A stretch of DNA of 64,000 bases from NCBI RefSeq assembly GCF_009914755.1, contig NC_060934.1; one strand, written 5' to 3'. This document shows, one piece after another, positions 54,904 to 64,000 of the stretch (positions are counted from its first letter, which is position 1; each line of letters begins with the position of its first letter). The notes below the pieces were generated by a model. It saw only the letters and a program-made list of their open reading frames with translations. It made no database searches and had not been told where the DNA came from. The stretch comes from the human T2T-CHM13v2.0 reference genome, Homo sapiens. The position numbers and the translations under genes are program-made.

Positions 54904-56685
54904 TAAATTTTTATATATTTATTATTTATCAAATATTAAAATTATTATCTTAGAATATCAGTGACTATGGATAATGTTTGTTTTTTGTAAATTGAATAAT
55001 TAGGTCTCATATTCACAGTTCTATAAGCAAGTTATATTTGTGTTTATTATTTTAGAAAAAGAAATATGTTTTTATAAGAATTAGAATTCAAGAGTGAATG
55101 ATTAAGTATAATTGTCAATATGATTCAGTTAAGAGCTACTGAATATAAATATTATATTCAAAATAAAGCTAATATTATAGGCAGACTATTAGTTTAGCAG
55201 TAGATGTAAACACTGCAAAGGACAGTGATATAAGCCTTTACAAAGATTCATAGTGACATAGAACTACATCAAATTCGTCAAAAGTTCTATTCAGTAAAAC
55301 ATGCAGTTTTTCCCCTTGAGGAAAGTAAAACAAAATGCTTTGTCATTTTAAGATCAGTTAAATAGTAATATGAATTAATTGAGATCAATTTTTTTTCTTA
55401 GCAAAATGTATCGAAGGCGACTTTAGTCTTTTTTTTTTTTTTTTGTCCTGGATGAAATTACCCAGTATATTTATCTAGGATTCAAATCAAAATCCAATAA
55501 ATTATTCTTTTGCTTAATCTGTGAAAGAAGTTTCAGAAGTATGTTTTTATGTCAAGATTGATATTTTAAAATATTTTTATAAAACATCATAGAATAATGT
55601 TACAAATGTCTTTGACTTTTTATCTTGCAAATTTAATTTGAAGATTTTTAAGGAGGAGGGTAATCCAATCCAACTGAGTTTTCCTCAAATTACTATCAAA
55701 ATGAGCTTGACTCACAGTTAAGCTTGAGTCTTTTTCCATAATTGTTATGACCCCTCTCTCAAAACACGCACACACTCAAAGATTAAAGAAAGAATCCACT
55801 TCAAGTCTGATTTTGGCCAGAGTTTTACACAGTTGGGGTATACTCCTACCATCTGAGGTTATTAAAAACAAACCAATCATTACTCAATTTGTCCCTCTTG
55901 GAGTCTCTTTCCTGGTAGCAGCATTTAGGATCAACTGGGATCCTGAGTTCCCAAACTGGCCTGTTAACACGAACACGTTTATCAGTATTTGGCTCAAGGA
56001 CAAAGCACTAAAACAACAGATGGAATCAATATTACATTTTACAAAGCGATTACATCGCAAAATCAACAGTTCTTTGTAATGACTGATGGTGATTGTGTAA
56101 ATTTCTTCTGCTCTCAGCATTTTCTTCTTATAAGAATGTCTAAGTAAGTGCCATAGGTGCCAGTTATGAAGTAGCTCTGATTAGGTATTAATTGGGTTTC
56201 ATCCAAGGCTGTAATCAGTTGTGACTTAGTCACCAAAGAAGGTAAAGAACAGAAATAATTACCTGTGCCTTTCAATTAACGTATATATATGGGGATTCAG
56301 CATTTCACAATGAGATCTTTCCCCAAACACACCCCCCCACACACACACACACACACACACTTTTCTCTAGTTTCTCAATATTGCTATTGACAACATTTTG
56401 GTCAATGGTTATGTTCAGTGGCTCACATTCTTATGACTATGAAAATACTGTTCACAGCTAAGCCGTATATTACACCATGATCACATTTCCTTTCTTGTAT
56501 ATCTATGCACTTTTCCATGCTTACAAATTTCTTAATTAGTTTGCTTAGCTATTTTTAATCTTACTCTTTCACTTATCACGTTGCAAAAACTGTAAAATTT
56601 AAACACATAGGGAGAGAACTCAGTGACTATATATAATTATATATATATATATGTGTGTGTGTATTTTAAATAAGAAATACCTCTT

Positions 56686-56983
56686 GGCCAGGCGCGGTGG
56701 CTCACGCCTGTAATCCCAGCACTTTGGTAGGCTGAGGCGGGCAGATCACAGGGTCAGGAGATCGAGACCATCCTGGCTAACACGGTGAAACCCTGTCTCT
56801 ACTAAAAATACAAAAAATTAGCCGGGCGTGGCAGCACACAACTGTAGTTCCAGCTACTCAGGAGGCTGAGGCCGGAGAATGGCATGAACCCGGGAGGCAG
56901 AGCTTGCAGTGAGCCGAGATCACACCACTGCACTCCAGCCTGGGCAATCTGGGCGACAGAGCGAGACTCCATCTCAAAAAAAA
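56686..56983 (+). mobile_element. AluY-like
   Basis: Full Alu; TSD AATACCTCTTG. Confidence 0.95.
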
Positions 56984-57317
56984 GGAATACCTCTTGCAGG
57001 CACCTTCCATTCTCCTGCCCCAATTTTTATTGATTGTTCTCTAAACCTGCTACACCAGAGTCATCATAAATTTTCCTTCACCATCATTCAGCTATTCCCC
57101 TTGCTTTTCGTATTCTGTATGTAGTGGATGTATTACATACAGGAATTATTCTATTTTGCTCTACTTCTTCATTCATGAAACATGTCTTCCAAGAGTAAAA
57201 TTTTAAAGGCCTTATAAGCTTCTATGAATTAGTTATTATCAGCTTAAATTTATAGTATGGCTTGGCATAGCATTCTAGGATGAAAACCAATTTCCCTCAG
57301 AATTAAAAGAGTGGCAG

Positions 57318-58363
<1,046 letters not shown>

Positions 58364-58396
58364 AAATGTCGTATAAATTTTAATGTTAAGAATCTT

Positions 58397-58697
<301 letters not shown>

Positions 58698-58760
58698 TTA
58701 CACACACACAAAAAAGAACCTTGGTAAAATCCACATAGAAAATAATTGCATTTCTCACTA

Positions 58761-58990
58761 GGCGTAGTGGCTCACACCTGTTATCCTAGTGCTTTGGGAG
58801 GCCAAGGAAGGATTACTAGAAGCCAGGAGGTTGAGACCACCCTGGGCAACATAGTGAGATGCCATCTCCACAAAAATAAAACACAAAAACAGAAACAAAC
58901 AAACAAACAAAATAACTGAGCATGGTGGTGCATGCTTATAGTCCCAGCTACTTGGGAGGCTGAGGCAGGATCACTTGAGCCTAGGGGTAT
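58761..58990 (+). mobile_element. AluJ-like, 3' truncated
   Basis: Left arm and part of the right arm. Confidence 0.85.
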
Positions 58991-59196
58991 GAGGCATTTC
59001 CCATCTTCAAATCCCACATAGACAGCAAGATTTCCAGCTGCTTCTTCAGATGACTGGGCATTGTTTCCTAGCTTTTACGTGAAAGTAACATTTGGAAGTC
59101 CCTGCTGTATTGGCGGGGAGGCTGAGTCCTAGCTCCCTCCTTTTACAGAGGGCCATGTCCTCTGTTCCTACAGGAGCATTAGAAGACAAGGTCAGA

Positions 59197-59570
<374 letters not shown>

Positions 59571-59976
59571 CTATTTCAGCTTTTAGCTCTCTCTATACAG
59601 AGAGAGAGAGAGAGAGAGAAAATATCAGCTCAGTCTTCTATGTCTTCAGAAGTTAGCTACTCATTTTATTTTTGAACATGACTCTCACTATGCATCATTT
59701 TACACAAGATGTTATACTTTCTGTTTATAAGAATTTCATTTTAGAATAGAGTCCAAGCTTATCATTTAGTAAGAGCATAGTCTGGTAGGGCAGCTACGGT
59801 TCGTTCTAAAACTTTTGGGAATACATCAGAAAACAAAACAAAACAAAAACACCAGCCCAAATTCAAGTAACACTGGACCTCACAGAGGGACCACACTTCT
59901 TGAGAGATCTTATAACAGCATATCTACTTGCAGGAGTGGAGTTCTGTATGTATATAAAGTAAAAAAGATAAATGAA

Positions 59977-60283
<307 letters not shown>

Positions 60284-60459
60284 TTACCATTGTTCATAAA
60301 ATAACAATAACTGTAAGGTCAGCAATTTCTTCAATTTTATTAAATTGTTCTGTGTTCTATGGAAAAGAGGAAGGATTTAATCCCCAATGGTATAAGATGA
60401 ACACAGTCATTAAATCTTAAAGGAAAATAAAAATTTTGTAGAATTTTATTTTAATTTGA

Positions 60460-61910
60460 CTTTCACCTCCATCATTTTCCAAAAACTGTGCCTATCAAGA
60501 TCAACAGTGACCTCTCCATCATTAAGTCTATAGTCGCGTCTCCATTTTCATCTTTCTTGACCTATGAAGAGCATTGGCCAAATTGTTCACTCCCTTTTCC
60601 TTGATGTCTCTTCATCAGGCCTCCAGGGCCCTACACATCCATGATTTTCTTTCAGTCACATTAATGCCCTCCCTCAGCCTCATTTTTTGGGTCCTCCTCT
60701 ACCTTCTGCCTTTTATAGAGAAGTGTCCCAGCACTTCATCCTTGGCCCTTATCCTTGGTCATTAAATTTGGTCAGTAAGTTTTATTCATCTATTTATTTT
60801 AATTTTTTTCTTTTTTCTTTAGACACCCCATAAGGCCCTGGATAGTCGTATTAGTTTTAAATGTCATCCATATGCCAAGATATCCTCATTGTTTACATCT
60901 CCAACCCAGATGTCTTTAAGAAACCCAGACTCCTACATCCACTTGCATCATCAATTGAATGTAAAATAAAATTCTCAAACTTAACATGTCCAGACTGGGT
61001 TATCGATAAATCCACCCCAAACTCCTTTACCTACAAACCGCTCCTTCTCGATTGAAGAGATGGGATTCATCCTTCTAATTTCTCAAGCCAAAATCTGTGG
61101 ACTCATTTCCGACTCCTCTCTCCCACACAGCCAGGCAATCCTACAGGAACTCTTGCTGGCTCTGCCTTCAAAGTTTTTCCAGCCTCTCCATGTTGCTCTC
61201 ACCTCCCCTACTACTGCTCTAACCTAAAGCTACCAGCAGCAATATAATTACCTCCTCATTGTTCTCTCAGCTCCATCACAGCTGCACTGCAATCTTTCTC
61301 AATAATGCAGCCGGAATGATTCTTCTAAGACATTAATGAAATCATGACACTCTTCTCTGTAAAACTCTATGATGGCTGCTCATTTTACACCAAATAACAG
61401 CCAAAGTCCCTAGGATGATCTACAAGATCCTCTGGATCTGGGCCACAGTTATCTATCTATGACCTCATCCCTTAATACTCCTCTCCAAGCTCATTTGGCT
61501 CCAGACACACTGATTTCCTGAGATTCTTTGAACACACCAGCCATTCTCTCACCTGAAGGCTTATTCTTTTCTCTGCCCACAAACCCTCTTTTGTCCTGCT
61601 CAACTCCCTCCCTTCCTTAGAGCCTTTGTTCTTATGGCATCATTTCGGGCTTGGTACCCCAGCTAGCACTGCAATCTGCCCCATTTTGCACATCCAAACC
61701 CAGTACGCTGATCTACTCTTCATTTCTTTCCATAGACTTACTGCATTCTCTCATAGCTTTTAATTCACTTCTTGTCTATGACCTCTAGAATGTGAGCATT
61801 ATAAAAGAAAGATTGTTGATTACTTGGTTTACTTACATATGCAAACTACCTGAATGAGAACCTGCTAAGGGACATGTACTTAATTCTTATCACTGAATAA
61901 ATAAATTAAA
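60460..61910 (+). mobile_element. L2 (L2a-like) 3' portion
   Basis: L2 motifs (gtttacatctccaacccaga, ctcaaacttaacatgtcca, cagccggaatgattcttcta) ending tgaataaataaat. Confidence 0.75.
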
Positions 61911-62202
61911 AGTACAATTCATTTTTTATACATGTGAATTTAAAACATGTCTTCATGAGACATATTTTTCAATTTCAGAGAACTTCATGGTAGGTTACTT
62001 GAATTTATATCATAGTGTTTTGTAGTAAAGCCAATTAAAACATGAATTTAAGAAGTGAACAGTTGCCTACACAATTGAAAGGCCATTAGACTTATCCATG
62101 GTACAGATAGATTATGGGGACTGTGGTGTCTCTCATACATACCCCAAAACAAAACTATGTATTTAGCCAGAACACTGGAAATTTTAAAGTGATTAATATA
62201 TT

Positions 62203-62502
62203 GGCCCGGCACGGTGGCTTACGCCTGTAATCCCAACACTTTGGGAGGCCGAGGTGGGCAGATCACGAGGTCAGAAGATTGAGATCATCCTGGCTAACAC
62301 AGTGAAACCCCGTCTCTACTAAAAATACAAAAAATTAGCCAGGCATGGTGGCGGGCACCTGTAGTCCCAGCTACTCAGGAGGTTGAGGCAGGAGAATGGC
62401 GTGAACCCGGGAGACGGAGCTTGCGGTGAGCCGAGATCGCGCCGCTGCACTCCAGCCTGGGCTACAGAGCGAGACTCCGTCTCAAAAAACAAACAAACAA
62501 AC
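62203..62502 (+). mobile_element. AluY-like
   Basis: Full Alu. Confidence 0.95.
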
Positions 62503-63816
62503 TTGATTGGTATACTCTATTATATAAATGGTAATTAATACCTTCCAATTTATTTAAAAAATATAATGTTCTTCAATGTCTAAAGAATGTTCACTTCTCT
62601 TAATTACGTGCTAGAAGTTTTGATAAAGTTGATGTAATTACAACCAAATCGTCTTCTCATTTATAAAAAATGCAAACAACAGTAATATAATGAAAACTGG
62701 TGGAATAATTACGCCTGCTCTATACCAAATAAACTCCCAATTTTTGTGCTAAATTTGGCATCATGAAAAGATGTTCACTTCAGTAACCTAGTTCTTTTCT
62801 AAATGCAAAGTGAAAGGCAGGCTTGGAATAATTTGTTCTTTATATCTTGCTTCAAAATTGTCAACAAAGATAGAGATAGCATTAATTGCCTCATCATATT
62901 TGCGTATGGTTTTACATCTGATTAGCCATGGAAAAAAAACTGTGGGTTTTAAATACATGAAATTAGAACTACCTGGAAACTGCTTGTCAGGAACCTGTCA
63001 GCTCAGTTTCAATATTGCATATTATTAAATACTTTTTCTCTTGCTACTCATTCATGGTAAGATTTGCTAAGCCTGACAGAAACATTTTAATTACAATTTG
63101 AACTCAAGTAACTTCTTTAAGATTCACCTCCAGATCACTTTCAATTAATATTGAGAAATAGTAATACTTACTGAAATTAATTTGGAGCTTCTCTATGTAT
63201 TTAAGTGCCTTCTAAAATGAGTATAAAGACATATACCTTTTATATGCTATATAATTACAGGTCCATAGACTTATTGCATTCTATCGTAGTTTATAATTTA
63301 CTTCTTGTCTATGACCTCTAGAATAGTTTCTAATGAGTTTGGAAATACATGCAATGTTGCTGCTTCCACTATTTACAGAGGAGATTGTTGTCTTATATTC
63401 TTAGTCTTGTCATTTGAGTTTTCTTTTCCTGCTCACTGTAAAACAAAAGAAAATTTTAACCTTAAATTTTATATGAAAGATCCAGATAATATTAAAATAT
63501 TTTCTATATACAAGAAATGTAGAAAAGACCCTTGACTTTGTGATAAAATACAAATTCTTAGAAGTACTCTTCATCTGAAGCAGTTATGAAGTTGGCCTGT
63601 TAGCAGCCTAAGTGAACTTACGACTAAAACCGTAAATAATTGTACTGTATATATATGAAATGCATTTATTACATATTATTTCAGATTAGGCAAAGGTGAG
63701 CTAAGAGATGTGTGTTCATGGATGCCTATTCAGAGAGAGCCTAGGTGACATTATGAATATTGTAGTCTGGAAGGGAATTAATTTTATTCCATTTTTTTCT
63801 ATATGTATAAATATAA

Positions 63817-63847
<31 letters not shown>

Positions 63848-63929
63848 AAGAGAGAGATACGCAGTGTAAATAGGAAGAAAAATTATTAAATAATGTATAC
63901 TACGTAAATATACACTTGAAAAAATCAAC

Positions 63930-64000
63930 TTTTTTTTGTTTTTGAGATGGAGTCTCACTCTATTGCCCAGGCTGGAGTGCAGTGGCGCAATCTCAGCTCA
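63930..64000 (-). mobile_element. Alu 3' end, cut by the window edge
   Basis: ttttgagatggagtctcactctattgcccaggctggagtgcagtggcgcaatc. Confidence 0.9.

Overview
Primate (almost certainly human) AT-rich intergenic DNA with about 41 Alu copies (roughly a fifth of the window), plus old L1M, L2, MIR, MaLR/ERVL LTR and DNA-transposon remnants. No spliced protein-coding gene is evident. The one gene-derived feature is a young, intronless processed copy of NAMPT on the minus strand (35044-37757). It has a poly(A) tail, a 14-bp target-site duplication and a canonical L1 endonuclease site, and it fits the known retrocopy NAMPTP1/NAMPTL (10p11.21; locus inferred from knowledge, not shown by the sequence). 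The copy is unusual in several ways. Its frame is uninterrupted over NAMPT codons 20-491. The canonical ATG exon 1 is replaced by a ~204-bp CpG-rich leader joined at the exon-2 boundary, leaving a GTG in strong Kozak context as the likeliest start, downstream of an in-frame ATG uORF. A 36-bp palindrome follows the stop codon. Separately, the window has two ~62-bp local templated copies. One is a complex snap-back repair scar inside an AluY that resembles polymerase theta end joining. There is also a three-armed Alu. Repeat subfamily names and comparisons with parent NAMPT are from memory and need RepeatMasker or alignment to confirm.
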